Source: Dictyostelium discoideum
Taxonomy: Eukaryota
Assembly: GCA_000004695.1 (NCBI GenBank)
Contig: CM000151.3
Span: forward strand, 4,160,001 to 4,224,000
Length of the DNA: 64,000 nucleotides
Direction of reading: 5' to 3'
Numbering within the stretch: position 1 is the stretch's first letter; each line of letters starts with the position of its first letter. The notes below the pieces were generated by a model. It was not told where the DNA came from. It made no database searches and saw nothing but the letters and a program-made list of their open reading frames with translations. Position numbers and translations under genes: made by a program. This document shows, piece by piece, positions 1 to 13,217 of this stretch.

Positions 1-2118
1 ATACTTTTCTACGCGAACTTGGATCCATGCCTGAGGAAACCTCATCCAAGAATATTATAGTCGATCTACCAATGAAAGCAATGCCTAGGCAAAGTTTACG
101 TTTTTGGCCACCTGATAGTGAGCCAGCTGGTGTGTGTAGTTTTTCACCCAAATCAATCTCATTTGCCATTTTCAAAGACTCAGATTTAATTTGTTTTTTA
201 TTTGTTATGCCTTTTAATGATGCATATATTTCTAAATGTTCCAATACAGTTAACTGATTCCAAATGATATCAGTTTGTAAACATACACCCGTACATTTTC
301 TAATTTCATTCATTTGATAAGTTATATCATTACCAAGTATGAATGCTGTACCGGATGTTGGTGATAATAGTCCAGTTAACATTGAGATTGTTGTTGATTT
401 TCCACTACCGTTTGGACCTAATAAACCATGAATTTGACCATCAAACATATCTAAATTTAAATCATTTACTGCAATTCTTAAACCATCACCAGTTTTAAAT
501 TCTTTTCTTAAATTTCTAATTGAAATTGTTGTTTTATTTCTAACTTCAATTGGTACCATTTCAATATTATCATTATTATTATTTTGAATAGTTGATTCTA
601 TATCATTATAATTGTATTCTTTATTTTTATTCTTTTTATTAATTTTACCAGCACCAACTGTCCAATACCTTTTTGTAAATAAAAAATACCATGGTTCTTT
701 TGTACCATATTCAGTTTTAACGATTTTATCTAAATACCAAATTAAAAATGTATAAAATATAATATTAAATACAAATGTACCTATTATTTGTTTTTCTGAT
801 ATTACTTGATTTAAATTTATTGTTGAAATCGTGTCTGGTATATCTCTAATTGACATTATATAGAATGAACATGCTATGCCAATCGGTGAGAATATACAAC
901 ATAATAATAATTTAATATGTATATTTATAATCTCATATTCACCAATGAAAATACCACATATATTAATTAACAATATCGTTAAGAATGTTAACAATCCTGC
1001 AAATTTAGATTTATCAAAAAACATTGAGAATATAAATGCAAGCAATTGCAATGTTAACAAGTATAATATCAATGTAACAATAACGATAATCCATGAAGTT
1101 GAATGAATCACCTGACTACCTTTTAAAATTACAATTATAATTAAATCAATTGGTAGTGCAGTCACTAGTGATGTGATAATCCATGATATGAAATAACAAT
1201 ATTGGTTTAACCCCATTATACTCATACCTTCCCTAATCTTTGTTTCCTTCTCAACTACTAATTCCGTCACCAATCTAAAAGTGAATATTAATAAAGCAGC
1301 AGATACAAACACTGATCCTGCACTCTTAAATACCGATTCCCTCCCATTTATCCATTTTTGCCATAACTCTACATACGGGTCAGGATAACGTTGTCCATTA
1401 ATTACCAATTTATAATCCAATCCAAAGTATCCAAATATTGCTTGATCCATTGCAATTTGAATATATGCCCAATTCTTTGTTAAATAATCACTACTATCAA
1501 TACCATTATCTTTAACTTTATTTGAATCTAAAACACTATTTGAATCTAATCGTATACTATATTTAAATGAGTTTGTTGTGGTGTTGGTGTTGGTAGTATT
1601 AGCTACTGATGATAATTGATTACTTTCAAACCAAATTCCACCAAATACTTGTGTTGAGTTAATTTGAAAATAATTCTCCATTTCTGATTTATCATTAATC
1701 TCTTTAAAATATACATCAACTTCACTAATACTTTTATTTAATTCATTTGATAATTGAAATTTCATCATATCAATAACTCCCTTTTGTTCAACATTTAATG
1801 ATCCTGCTTTTCCACCATATATTATTATATTATTTTCATTAATTCTATTTGAAAATTGAGTTGTTTTTATTAAATCATAATTTGGTTTAAAAAGTTGTAC
1901 TAATACTATATATATATATTTAATTAAATTAAATTAATATAAAAAATTATTTATTTATTTATATATATATATTATAACTAATTACCTAAAATTGCAAATA
2001 CAAGTAATACAATAATAATTGGAAAAACAATTTCACAACAAATTCCACATTTTGATTTTGATTTTAATAATAAATTCTTTTTTAAAAGAGTTTTTAATTG
2101 TGATGACTTCTCTCCCAT
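1..2118 (-). CDS. ABC transporter, ABCA subfamily. This is the N-terminal part: TMD1 plus the first nucleotide-binding domain. The gene continues past the window start, so the 3' end is missing here. The start ATG is at 2118-2116 on the minus strand, and one short intron lies at about 1905-1986.
   Basis: Minus-strand translation gives the Walker A motif 'GLLGPNGSGKSTTISML'. Downstream it gives the ABCA-type signature 'SLSGGQKRKLCLGIAFIGRSTIIFLDEVSSGMDP'. The N-terminus reads MGEKSSQLKTLLKKNLLLKSKSKCGICCEIVFPIIIVLLVFAIL, followed by a GTAATT donor. Confidence 0.88.
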
Positions 2119-2201
2119 TATTTATATATATATTTAATATTATTTTTTTTATTTTTTTTTTTTAATCAAAAATTTATAAAAAAAAAAAAAATATTAAATA
2201 A

Positions 2202-2330
<129 letters not shown>

Positions 2331-2414
2331 TATTACAATATAAAAATTATAAAAATTAATAAAATAAAAATGTATTTGTGTTTATTTAGTTTTTTTAAAA
2401 ATAAATGAACAAAT

Positions 2415-2446
<32 letters not shown>

Positions 2447-3431
2447 AAAAAAAAAAAATAAAAAATTAATATAAATAATTAAAATAATAAAAAAATATAA
2501 AATAGTGTGTTGTTAATGAAAAATTATTAAATAACGGTTATGTTGATTCTTTTTTTTTTTTTTTTATTTTATTTTTATTTTATTAATTTTTATTTTTATT
2601 TTTATTTTTATTTTAAATTTTATTTCTAAAAATAAAATTCTATTTAAAAAATATGAGATGTAAATATTTTTTTTTTTTTTTTTTTTTTTATTAAACCAAT
2701 GCAAATTTGGAAAAAAAAGAAAATAATAATTAAAAAAATAAAAAAAATTGAATGATCCTATTAAAATTATTTTTTTGATTTTTTGTTTGATTTTTTTTTT
2801 TTAATTAATTATATGTTGACATCATAAAAAAGCCCCTTTTGTTGAAAATAATAATAATCATTCAAAAAAATTAGTGGTAGATGTGTATAATTAAAAAAAA
2901 AAAAAAATATCATTTGTGTGTGGGGGTGGGGGTGGTGGTAGTGTGCATAATTAAAAAAATAAAAAAATAATAAAATGAAATAAAATGAAATAAAATCATA
3001 TAATAAATGGCAAAATTATTTTTTTTTTATTTTTTAGTTTTTATTTTTTATTTTTTAATTTTTAGTTTTTATTTTTATTTTTTTTTTTTTTCTTAATTAT
3101 GTATATAAATAGGTGTGTCATTAATGAATTAAATGGAAAAAAAAAATTCATTTAAATGAGTCGATAATTATTAAAATGTGTTGTCGCCCCTTTCTTTTTT
3201 TTTTTTTTTTATAAAAAAAAAATATATATATTTATAAATATATAATTTATAATGGTATTTATTTTTACTATTATTCAAAAGTAAATCTATCTTAAGGATA
3301 TTCGTTATATTTGGTTTTTTTTTTTTTTTTTTGGTTTTTTTTTTTTGGTTTTTTTAAAAATTCTAATAATCCCTTTTAATAAATAATCGGTTTCTATTTC
3401 CCTGGTAAGATAAACATTCACTCGCTTCCTG

Positions 3432-3945
<514 letters not shown>

Positions 3946-4183
3946 GGAAAGAATTTGTAAATATGAGTTTGTTAAAAAGGATGCAATATTAATTTTTTCG
4001 ACAGAGTTTCTATTTTTGATACCATCTAATTGATAAATGTTGATCTTTGGTTGCTGATTGGTAATTGTTACACCTTTTCTATATGGATTGACAATACTTG
4101 GTAAAACTAATAAAAAGCCAACTAATAATACTAAAAAATATTTAATTTCCATTTTTATTTCTTTTTATTTTTCTGTGTCTGCG

Positions 4184-4216
<33 letters not shown>

Positions 4217-4826
4217 CCCTGGGGGGTTTTTTTTTTTTTTTTTTTTGGTTTCAAATATTAATTAAAATATTTATTATTCTTGAAAAAATTATAAATAAAA
4301 TAAATTTTTATAAAAAATATTTATATTATTATTATTATTATTTATATAATTATAATTTAAATATTGATATAAGTGTATATATAAAAAAAAATTATTTTTA
4401 TTTTTTTATTTATTTTTATTTTGCTTATTGCGTTTTTTCTGAAATGAAAAATAAAAAACTATTGCTCAAGATTTTCATTTTTTTTTTAAAAATATTTTTT
4501 TTTGACCATTTTTAAAATTATTTTTTTTTATTTTTTTTTTTTTTTAAAAAAAAGTTTTTATTTTTTTTTATTTTTATTTTCTTTTTTTTTATTTTTTTTT
4601 TAAAAAAAATTACAGTTGCTGAGGTGGTTGTCCAACTGAAAAAAACTTAAAAAAAAAGAAATCAATTTATCCAAACCCACTTTCTCGCATCTACTCATCC
4701 CAAATCGTTAGATCATCGAATATTCCAAATTAAAAAAAAAAAAAAAAATTAAAATTTAAAAAAAAAATAAAAAAAAAAAAAGAAAATTTTAAATTTTTAT
4801 TGTATACACTAATAAACAAAAAAAAA

Positions 4827-5996
4827 ATGTCGTCTCTGAGTAATTTAAAAGAACAATTAGAAAAAAAGAGGAAAGAAGCACAATTAAAGAATAGTAATAA
4901 CAACAACAACAACAACAATAACAATAGTAATAGTAATAATGGTTGTGATAAAAGTGAAGAACCAGCAACAAAAAAATATAAAACTAGAGGAGAAATTGAT
5001 AAAGAATTAAAACAAAAAAAAGAAGAAGAAAGAATAAAAAAAGAAAAAGAAAAAGAAAAAGAAAAAGAAAAAGAAAAAGAAAATTATAATAATAATAACA
5101 ATTCAAATGTAAATAGTAATAAAAATGAAAATAATATAAATATAGACAATGATAATGATAGTAATGATAAAATAAATAAATTAAAAGAAAATGAAGGATT
5201 TTTACCAGATATAGTTGTAATTCAAAGATTAAGAGAAAGAAGTCAACCAATTACTTATTTTGGAGAAACATCAATTGATAGGGCAATGAGATTAAAGAAA
5301 TTAGAAGAGAATGATCCGATAGAGTATACACAAGGTGATAATGAATTTGCAAATATTTTAAAACAAATTGAACAAAGGAAAATGAAAAAACATCAAGACA
5401 GTGCCGATAATGAGAAAGAAAAAGAAGAAAATGAAAATAATGATAAAAAAAAACAGCAACAGCAACAAGAGAATGAAGAAAGTGAGGAGCAGGAGTTGGA
5501 GAGATTGAGAATTGATTCTAGTAAATGCAAAGAATCTAAAATTTTATACTTTTTAAAGGGTTTGTTAAATGATTGGATTACAAATTTAGAGAATCGATCA
5601 GACGATGAAAAGAAATCGAGACAGGGTAAAATCGCCGAAGCGACCTATTACCAATGTAAATCGCATATTCAGCCACTATTTACATCGTTGCGAGAGAAAA
5701 CCCTATCCATTGATATATTGGAGCATATTAATGAGATTGTTGAGTTTTGTAAATCGCGTGAATACGTTCGTGCAAATGATGAGTATCTTCAAATGGCAAT
5801 TGGTAATGCACCTTGGCCAATGGGTGTCACTATGGTTGGTATTCATGAACGTTCAAGTAGAGAGAAAATCTTTTCGAATCAAGTAGCTCATGTACTAAAT
5901 GATGAAATGCAAAGAAAATACATTCAAGCTGTCAAACGTTTAATGACATTTTGTCAAACTCAATACCCAACTGCTCCAAGTAGAAGTATTGGTTAA
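4827..5996 (+). CDS. prp18: Pre-mRNA splicing factor Prp18 homolog, a single exon of 389 aa
   Basis: The C-terminal Prp18 domain reads 'ANDEYLQMAIGNAPWPMGVTMVGIHERSSREKIFSNQVAHVLNDEMQRKYIQAVKRLMTF'. The N-terminal SFM-like segment reads 'ITYFGETSIDRAMRLKKLE'. The ORF in the track begins at a TTG at 4800. The first in-frame ATG is at 4827 (MSSLSNLKEQ). The stop is TAA at 5994-5996. Confidence 0.85.
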   Translation: MSSLSNLKEQLEKKRKEAQLKNSNNNNNNNNNNSNSNNGCDKSEEPATKKYKTRGEIDKELKQKKEEERIKKEKEKEKEKEKEKENYNNNNNSNVNSNKNENNINIDNDNDSNDKINKLKENEGFLPDIVVIQRLRERSQPITYFGETSIDRAMRLKKLEENDPIEYTQGDNEFANILKQIEQRKMKKHQDSADNEKEKEENENNDKKKQQQQQENEESEEQELERLRIDSSKCKESKILYFLKGLLNDWITNLENRSDDEKKSRQGKIAEATYYQCKSHIQPLFTSLREKTLSIDILEHINEIVEFCKSREYVRANDEYLQMAIGNAPWPMGVTMVGIHERSSREKIFSNQVAHVLNDEMQRKYIQAVKRLMTFCQTQYPTAPSRSIG

Positions 5997-6080
5997 TATT
6001 TTAATTTTAAAATTATATTAATTAATAAATAAATATACTATAAATAAAATTATAAATTAATTTTTTTATAAAATTAAAAT

Positions 6081-6130
6081 ACATAACTTTTTCTCATTTA
6101 GTCACTAATTTTCCTTAAAAAGCCATTATC

Positions 6131-6180
<50 letters not shown>

Positions 6181-6281
6181 ATATTTAAAGGAATTTAAAA
6201 ATATTAATAAAATATTTTTTGAAATTGTTTTCCAAAATTATACAAGAATTTAAAAAGTTTGACTAAGAATCTTGGATTGTC

Positions 6282-6315
<34 letters not shown>

Positions 6316-6545
6316 ATAAAGTTCAATTACTAAAATGGATATTTTTTTTAAAATAAAAATATATTACACTACAAATACATATATAACTTTTTCTCATTGA
6401 GTTACTAATTTTCCTTTAAAAGCCATTATCAATTGAAAAGAAAATTAAAATATTTTTTGAAATTGTTTTCAAAAACTTTACAAGAATGTAAAAAAAAAAA
6501 AGTATTATTTGGTGAAAAAAAAAGTTATGAAGTTCAAAAAATGAA
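6081..6545. repeat. Imperfect direct repeat with two units of about 180-200 bp spaced roughly 300 bp apart, in the prp18-vatH intergenic region
   Basis: Unit A is 6081-6260: 'ACATAACTTTTTCTCATTTAGTCACTAATTTTCCTTAAAAAGCCATTATCAATTT...ATTTTTTGAAATTGTTTTCCAAAATTATACAAGAATTTAAAAAG'. Unit B is 6380-6490: 'ATATAACTTTTTCTCATTGAGTTACTAATTTTCCTTTAAAAGCCATTATCAATTG...ATTTTTTGAAATTGTTTTCAAAAACTTTACAAGAATGTAAAAA'. The motif 'AAAATGGATATTT' recurs at about 6177 and about 6334. Confidence 0.8.
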
Positions 6546-6957
6546 ATTAAAAATATCAAGATTTTTAATAAATAAATTTAATTTAACCTTATTATAATAA
6601 AACTTTTCAACAGGAAAATGAAAATAATAATAATAAAAATAAAGAAAAGAAATTATAAAAATAAAAAAAAAATATGTACCTCTTTTCAACTCAAATTAAA
6701 ACATTATTTTAGTCCAGACTGAAAAAAAAAAAAAAAAATAAACAAAAAATTATTAACTGATCGTTTTTAATTAATTTTTTTTGTTTTTTTTCTTTTTTTT
6801 TTTTATTATTTTTTTTTTTTTTTTTTTCAAATATCTGGGCTCAGAGTATAAAAAAGAAAAAAAACAAAAAAAAAAAAAAAAAATTGAAACACTGGTGTGA
6901 CCAAACAGATTGTGGAAAATAATTTATAAAAAAAAACTCAACCAGGCCAAAATTTTG

Positions 6958-6995
<38 letters not shown>

Positions 6996-7399
6996 AATTT
7001 TTCATTCATTTTTTTTTTTTTTTTTTTTTTTAATTTTTTGATTTTTTTTTTTTTTATAATTTTTTAATTTTTCACATATTTTTTAATAAAGAAAGTAAAC
7101 ATAATAAATAATTTCGTTTTGGGAGTAAGTTTTATTTTAATTAATCGTCTTTTTTTTTTTTTTTCTCTCCTCTCTTTTCTTCATTCATTCATTCATTTAA
7201 AATAATAATAATAAAAATTCTAATATTTTTTATTTTTTTATTTTCAAATTTTTTTTAACTTCAACCATCATCACCATCAAAAAATAATTATGAAAAAACG
7301 AATTTAAATTTAGTTATTATAAAATTATTATTTTTTAAAAAAAGTAATATTTCAATTATTTATTTATTTATTATTTATATAAATCAACAATAAAGAAAA

Positions 7400-7691
7400 A
7401 TGAATTTTAGAGAACTTGATACATCAAATGGTGTTAAAGCTGCTGAAAGTTCATTCAGAACTAAAGTAGTTTTAGCAAGAGAAATTCCATGGAATGGATT
7501 TGCATCATCAAATTCAATCACTTCAGAACAATATAATTTAATCTCAAAATATGATAAACATACTGATGCTGAAAAGAAAGAGAAATTTGCTGCTGTAGGT
7601 TATATTTATTATTTAATTTAATTTTAGTTAGAATTCATAGTGTTTTTATTGTTTTTCAATGAAATCAAACCCCTGTCTCCCCCACCCTCAT

Positions 7692-7737
<46 letters not shown>

Positions 7738-9395
7738 CAAAATTTGATTTTTTATTTTTTTTTAATAATATTCTAAAAATAAAATATATATACTAACATT
7801 TTCACATATTTAATTTTTTTTATAATTTATAGAATAGCGCAAGTTATGTTAACTTTTTCGTTAACTTTATTAACTCAACCAGTAATATTGAAATCATCCA
7901 ATATTTACTCACTCTTATCAATGAAATTATTGAAAGTAGGTTTTTTATTTTTTTATTTTTTGGAAAATTTTCCAAACTTTTTTTTTTTTTTTTTTTTAAA
8001 ATCTTGTAAATACTAATATCTTTTTTTTTTTTCCCTATTTTTTTTTTTTTTTATTTTTTTTTTTTAGTTGACCCAAGAGCAGCAGGTGCATTCTCAAAAA
8101 TTACCAAAGATGACGATAAATCATACCCATATTCAGTATTCTTTAGATTATTAAATCGTGAAGATGCTTACACTAACCTCCACGCAAGTATTGCTCTTGC
8201 ACAAATCATGTGGTAATTATCTAAAACAAAAATATTTATTATTTAATTTAATTTTTTTTAAAATACTAATATTTCATTTTTTATTATTATTTTTTTTAAT
8301 TTAAATTAAAAAGTGCTGGTAAACCAACTCAAAATGATGTTGAATCATTTTTCAATTGGATTCTCAAATTATTAAGAAAGAATAACTCATCAGAAGTTGA
8401 AGTTGGTCTCATCGCTTTGCAATCACTCTTATTAAAGGATGATTTCAGAATTTTCTTTAATAATATTGATGGTTCTGCTTTGTATGTACAATTTTATTTA
8501 TTTTTTTTAAAAATCAATTAGAGAGTGTGTGTGAATGTAATAAATTAACAATTACTTATTTATTTTATTTTTTATAAACAATATTCTAGATTATTAAATA
8601 TTTTACAAGCATTATCAACCTCATCAGTTAATATTCAATTATTATATGAAACTATTTATGCAATTTGGTTATTAACCTATAATAAAGATATTGCAGCAGC
8701 TTATTCAGGAACTGGTTTAGTTGCAAATTTAGTTCAACTCGTCAAAACTGTAGCCAAGGAAAAGATTGTTAGATTATCATTATCAACCTTGAGAAATCTT
8801 TTAAACAATGGTAAGAGTAACGAAGAAATGATCGATAATGGTTTCGTTCGTATGTTAAATATTTTAAATATTAAAAAATGGGGTGATGATGATATTCCAG
8901 CTGATATTGAAGTTTTAATTAATGGTCTTGCTAAAGATATTGATAATATGAGGTAAATAATAATAATAATAATAATTTATAATTTTATAAATTTATTTAT
9001 ATATTAATACATTTTATTTTATTATCATTAGTTCATTTAATAAATATAAAACTGAAATTATTTCAGGTGAATTAGAATGGACACCAGTTCATAAATCAGA
9101 GAGATTCTGGAAAGAGAATATCTCAAAATTCGAAGAAAACAACTATCAAGTCATTAAACACTTACATCAAATTTTAAAGACAAGTCAATCAACTCCACTT
9201 CAATTATCAATTGCATGTCATGATCTTTGTGAATTCGTTAGACATCATAGTCGTGGTAAAGCTATCATGACTATTACAAATCAAACCAGATATCATGGGT
9301 ATGATGTCAAATCAAATGAAGAAGTAAAGAACCAAGCTTTATTCGCTTTACAAAAAATGATGTTAAATAATTGGGAATATTTAAATGCTAAATAA
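7400..9395 (+). CDS. vatH: V-type proton ATPase subunit H with six exons: join(7400..7594, 7833..7935, 8068..8212, 8314..8481, 8590..8952, 9032..9395)
   Basis: The hallmark V1-H segment is present: 'SSFNKYKTEIISGELEWTPVHKSERFWKENISKFEENNYQVIKHLHQIL...SIACHDLCEFVRHHSRGKAIMTITNQTRYHG...NQALFALQKMMLNNWEYLNAK'. Human ATP6V1H has 'LEWSPVHKSEKFWREN...AHDVGEYVRHYPRGK...AVQKLMVHNWEYLGK'. Intron donors are GTAGGT, GTAGGT, GTAATT, GTATGT and GTAAAT. Acceptors were placed so that the reading frame is kept. Intron 5 was placed at the acceptor at 9030-9031 so the frame is kept through the 'SSFNKYK' segment. Confidence 0.88.
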
Positions 9396-9605
9396 ATTAA
9401 TAAAATAAAATAAAATAAAATAAAATTTAATCAAAAAAAAAAAAAAAAAAAAAAAAGTACAAATAAATAAAAAAATAAATAAAAAAATAAAATAAAAACA
9501 AAACAAAAAGTAGTAATATATATAGAGTTAAAACAAAAGTAAACCAAACCAAACCAATAAATATTCTTTCTTTTTTTTTTATTATTTTTTTATTTTTTAT
9601 TAATT

Positions 9606-12600
9606 TTAATTTAACCAATCTAAAAAACAATTATAATCATAACTTTTTGATAATTGATTTTTTAAATGTTGTAATAGCGATGGATTATTTTTAATTTCAC
9701 CACCATTTTCATATAAATATTTTAAATAATCAATTCTATTTGAATCAATTGCTTTTGATATCATTGAATTTGTAATATTAAAATAATTACTATTTGGAAT
9801 TGAATTTATAATTAAATTTCTTAAATCAATATCAAAACAGTATTGACCAAATAATAATTCTAAATCTTTATCATTAATTGGTTTTAAACAATCATTACCA
9901 ATGAATAAATGTTTAAATTTGATAAACATTGGAATTGAAATATTATTACAATCTTTATAAATTATTCTATTCCAATATTCATTATAACCACTATTATCAT
10001 TATTATTATTATCAGTATTATTATGAATTAGTGATTTATAATGAATTTTAAAAATGTGATGAATAAAATCAGCATTTTTTAATAAAATTTCTGTTATTTC
10101 TTTATCAATAATTTTAAAATTTTCATTCATAATTAGTTCTAAAAAAGATTGATAAGATGAAAAACTAATTAATTTTTTAAAAGCGTGGTTGGATAATACC
10201 TTATTTGAGTCTACAATTAATTTTTTAGAAAATAAGAAAATTCTTCCCATAAATACTGGTTGGATATTTAAATGTTCACAATGATTACAATTGGTGAATG
10301 ATTGTCGATGTTGAGGTTGATGATATTGGTATCTTGTCATGTAAGGGAACGTATCGACTATTAGAGATCTATTATTTAAAAATTGATTTTGAATGTAATC
10401 TAAATGGTTGAGGAAAAGATCTTCTCTTTTAATGTCAAGGAAATAATGTAAATTTGAATTAATCGTTTCATTTAAGTAATCCTCTTCTGTGAATAATAAT
10501 GATTCATCATCTGTCATTGGTTTATAAGATAATGCATCAATTAATTTCTCTAATATTAAATCAAATGATGTATGTGTATCTGTATCTTTACCAAGTATGA
10601 AATCAAATGTAAAAACATGTAAATTTAAATACTTTCTAATATCATAACCTGGATGTTGAGGATTATCTGAACAATTGTAATAGGGGGTGGTTCCATCATC
10701 GTCGTCAGTGAATATCGAGTAAATGAAAGGGCGTGACATTATATATCTTGCTAATAGGGGTGACTTTATTGAAAGATAAAAAACTACATGATAAAGTGAA
10801 TGATCTATTATAATGTGTTTAGAACTACTACTACCACTACTTGAAATTTGATTATAAATATTTTTTATAACTTGAATTGTAACTTTTTTAACACTTAATA
10901 ATACTTTAAATAGATGATTTATAATTATATGAAAAGCATAATCTTGATCATTATCATTATCATCATCCTCTTCTTTTGTGTAGTTTTCATACATTTGTAA
11001 AAATATTTGAATTAAGGTTATTACTTTTTCACAATTATCATTTGAAATTGAATAAAATTTTGCACATTTTGATAAAGGTGAATAAATTGGATCTTTATAT
11101 CTAATTAAAAGTGATGATGAAATATCTTGAATTGGGAAAAACCCATTTCCAATCATTAATTTAATTTGATTAATTGATAATTTTTCAATTGATTTTAAAA
11201 ATATATGACTCGCTTCATCAATGAAATCATTGAAATTAATTTTTAATTTTAATAATTCATTCTCTTTAATTCTATCTGGAATTGATTTAATCACCCTTTT
11301 AACAAGATTCGGTTTAAAGAATTTAAATTGATTATCATTTAAATATTGAATGAAATTAATAATTTCTTCATCACTTAAATTTGATGAAAAAAAAAATTGT
11401 TTTTCTGCAAATAATCTAATTGTTATATTGAACCCATATAAAAAGAAATCATCACCTTTTGTTGAATACAAGTATTTCATTTGTTCAATATTACAATCTC
11501 TAATTGATTTTATAAATGGGTAGCTATAAAGAACCATTCTTGAATTAATTTGAGTATAATCATCATCATCTTGATTATTATTATTATTAAAATAAAGGTA
11601 ATGATCTCTTGGTAAACTACTAAACAAATTTGAAGCATAATTTAGTAATTGAAAATTTTGAAAATGAAAAAATTCTTGACTTTTAAAATTCCTAATTGAC
11701 CTTTTTAAAAATTCTTTTTCACAATTTTCAAAAATCCAATCAATTTGTAAATTATCTTTAATTTCAACTGATAATAATATTGAATTGCTATCTGCTATTA
11801 TTTTAATTAGTTCATTCCAACTATTTGGAAAGAAATTTAAAAATTCAATATTATTAATTGAATTTAGTAATTCTTTATATTCAATTTCTATATTTGATGA
11901 TGATGATGATGATGTTTTTGATAAATTTTTTAAAATATAATCTTGAATAATTTTATTATGATTGAAATGAAAACATTGAAAATAATCATAATTTGTTGTA
12001 TAGAAATTTATAAATTCAATCATTTCTTGTTTACTTTTATATTCACGTGAAATTGATAATGGTATAGTGGTTTCTCTTGAATGAGGTTTAGAATATTTTA
12101 ATTTAAATTGTTCTAAATCTTGTTTTGAAATGGTTTTCAATGCTTTTACATTAAATGTAGCTATTGAAATTTTAATAAAATCCATTAAATTATTTTCTTT
12201 AAGATTTGGTATAATTTCACCATATCTACTATAATAAACTAAATGGTCTAAATAAATTGAATCGTATAAATTTACAATTGTTGGATTTAGTAGTAAGTAT
12301 TTATGCAATTCTTTAACTCTTAATTCCCTATTATAATCTAATAGTATTTCATTGATTTTATATTTATTGTCAACTAGATTTGTTAAATTTAATTCATGGA
12401 AATTTAAATCAATTAATTTATTTTGAATATTTGAATTGTTAATTAACAATATTAAAGATAGGCCGAAATTTTCATTTTTTGGTATAAATTTTAAAATTCT
12501 TTCTCTACCATTTCCATTGAAATTTATATTGATATCTAAATTTGAGTAATCGGTATTGTATAGTTTAGGATTTGATAGAATTAATTCGATTTTCTCTTCA

Positions 12601-13217
12601 ATGGTTTTAATTGAGGTTGAATTTAAATTTGTGAATGTCAATGATCTATTCTTAAAATCTTGTGTGATAAATAAGTTTGGTGAATTTATTAAAATTGATA
12701 AAGTATTTGGTTGGAGGAATTCAATTGCACATTCTAATAATGTTGAATAAATTTGGAATGATGAAGATAGTGATGACAGATTTGAGAGTAATAATTGGAA
12801 TATGTTATAGGTATTTTTGAAACGAAGTGAATTTGATGTGATTATTGGTAAAGTTGGTAACATTTCATTTATTATTTTTATAAATTGATTTTTTTTATTT
12901 GATTGAAATAATTGGGTTAATAATTGTTCAATTAATGATGGATCATTTATTGAGAATAATTCTTTAATTGATTTTTTATTAATCTCTATAATTTCATCAT
13001 TTGAATTGATTTTTAATTTTAGTAATTCAAATTGTTCATTATTTATCATCCATTCCATCGATGTTATATTTTCAAATCTTTTTCTATTATCAACATGGTA
13101 TCCTAAATAGACATAATTTACCCATTCACATTTATGGATTTCTTTTAATATAATTGAAAATAAATATTTATTATGAAAAACTTTCCAAAATAATATCTCT
13201 ACATTTGGTGATTCCAT
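9606..13217 (-). CDS. Large Asn-rich hypothetical protein of about 1203 aa, apparently one exon, with no recognisable catalytic domain. It is a paralog of the gene at 30323-32629 through a shared N-terminal motif.
   Basis: An uninterrupted 1246-codon ORF is present. The likely true start is the ATG at 13217 (MESPNVEILFWKVFHNKYLFSIILKEIHKCEWVNYV). The upstream in-frame codons are poly-A/T-derived junk. Codon usage is Dictyostelium-like, with strong AAT/AAA/TTA bias. Confidence 0.6.
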   Translation of the reverse strand: MESPNVEILFWKVFHNKYLFSIILKEIHKCEWVNYVYLGYHVDNRKRFENITSMEWMINNEQFELLKLKINSNDEIIEINKKSIKELFSINDPSLIEQLLTQLFQSNKKNQFIKIINEMLPTLPIITSNSLRFKNTYNIFQLLLSNLSSLSSSFQIYSTLLECAIEFLQPNTLSILINSPNLFITQDFKNRSLTFTNLNSTSIKTIEEKIELILSNPKLYNTDYSNLDININFNGNGRERILKFIPKNENFGLSLILLINNSNIQNKLIDLNFHELNLTNLVDNKYKINEILLDYNRELRVKELHKYLLLNPTIVNLYDSIYLDHLVYYSRYGEIIPNLKENNLMDFIKISIATFNVKALKTISKQDLEQFKLKYSKPHSRETTIPLSISREYKSKQEMIEFINFYTTNYDYFQCFHFNHNKIIQDYILKNLSKTSSSSSSNIEIEYKELLNSINNIEFLNFFPNSWNELIKIIADSNSILLSVEIKDNLQIDWIFENCEKEFLKRSIRNFKSQEFFHFQNFQLLNYASNLFSSLPRDHYLYFNNNNNQDDDDYTQINSRMVLYSYPFIKSIRDCNIEQMKYLYSTKGDDFFLYGFNITIRLFAEKQFFFSSNLSDEEIINFIQYLNDNQFKFFKPNLVKRVIKSIPDRIKENELLKLKINFNDFIDEASHIFLKSIEKLSINQIKLMIGNGFFPIQDISSSLLIRYKDPIYSPLSKCAKFYSISNDNCEKVITLIQIFLQMYENYTKEEDDDNDNDQDYAFHIIINHLFKVLLSVKKVTIQVIKNIYNQISSSGSSSSKHIIIDHSLYHVVFYLSIKSPLLARYIMSRPFIYSIFTDDDDGTTPYYNCSDNPQHPGYDIRKYLNLHVFTFDFILGKDTDTHTSFDLILEKLIDALSYKPMTDDESLLFTEEDYLNETINSNLHYFLDIKREDLFLNHLDYIQNQFLNNRSLIVDTFPYMTRYQYHQPQHRQSFTNCNHCEHLNIQPVFMGRIFLFSKKLIVDSNKVLSNHAFKKLISFSSYQSFLELIMNENFKIIDKEITEILLKNADFIHHIFKIHYKSLIHNNTDNNNNDNSGYNEYWNRIIYKDCNNISIPMFIKFKHLFIGNDCLKPINDKDLELLFGQYCFDIDLRNLIINSIPNSNYFNITNSMISKAIDSNRIDYLKYLYENGGEIKNNPSLLQHLKNQLSKSYDYNCFLDWLN

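Noticed and set aside
4610-4730. GC-richer segment upstream of prp18, checked for tRNA-like structure
   Set aside because: It has no tRNA T-loop (GGTTCGAAT) or D-loop consensus and no cloverleaf. It is most likely the 5' UTR or promoter.
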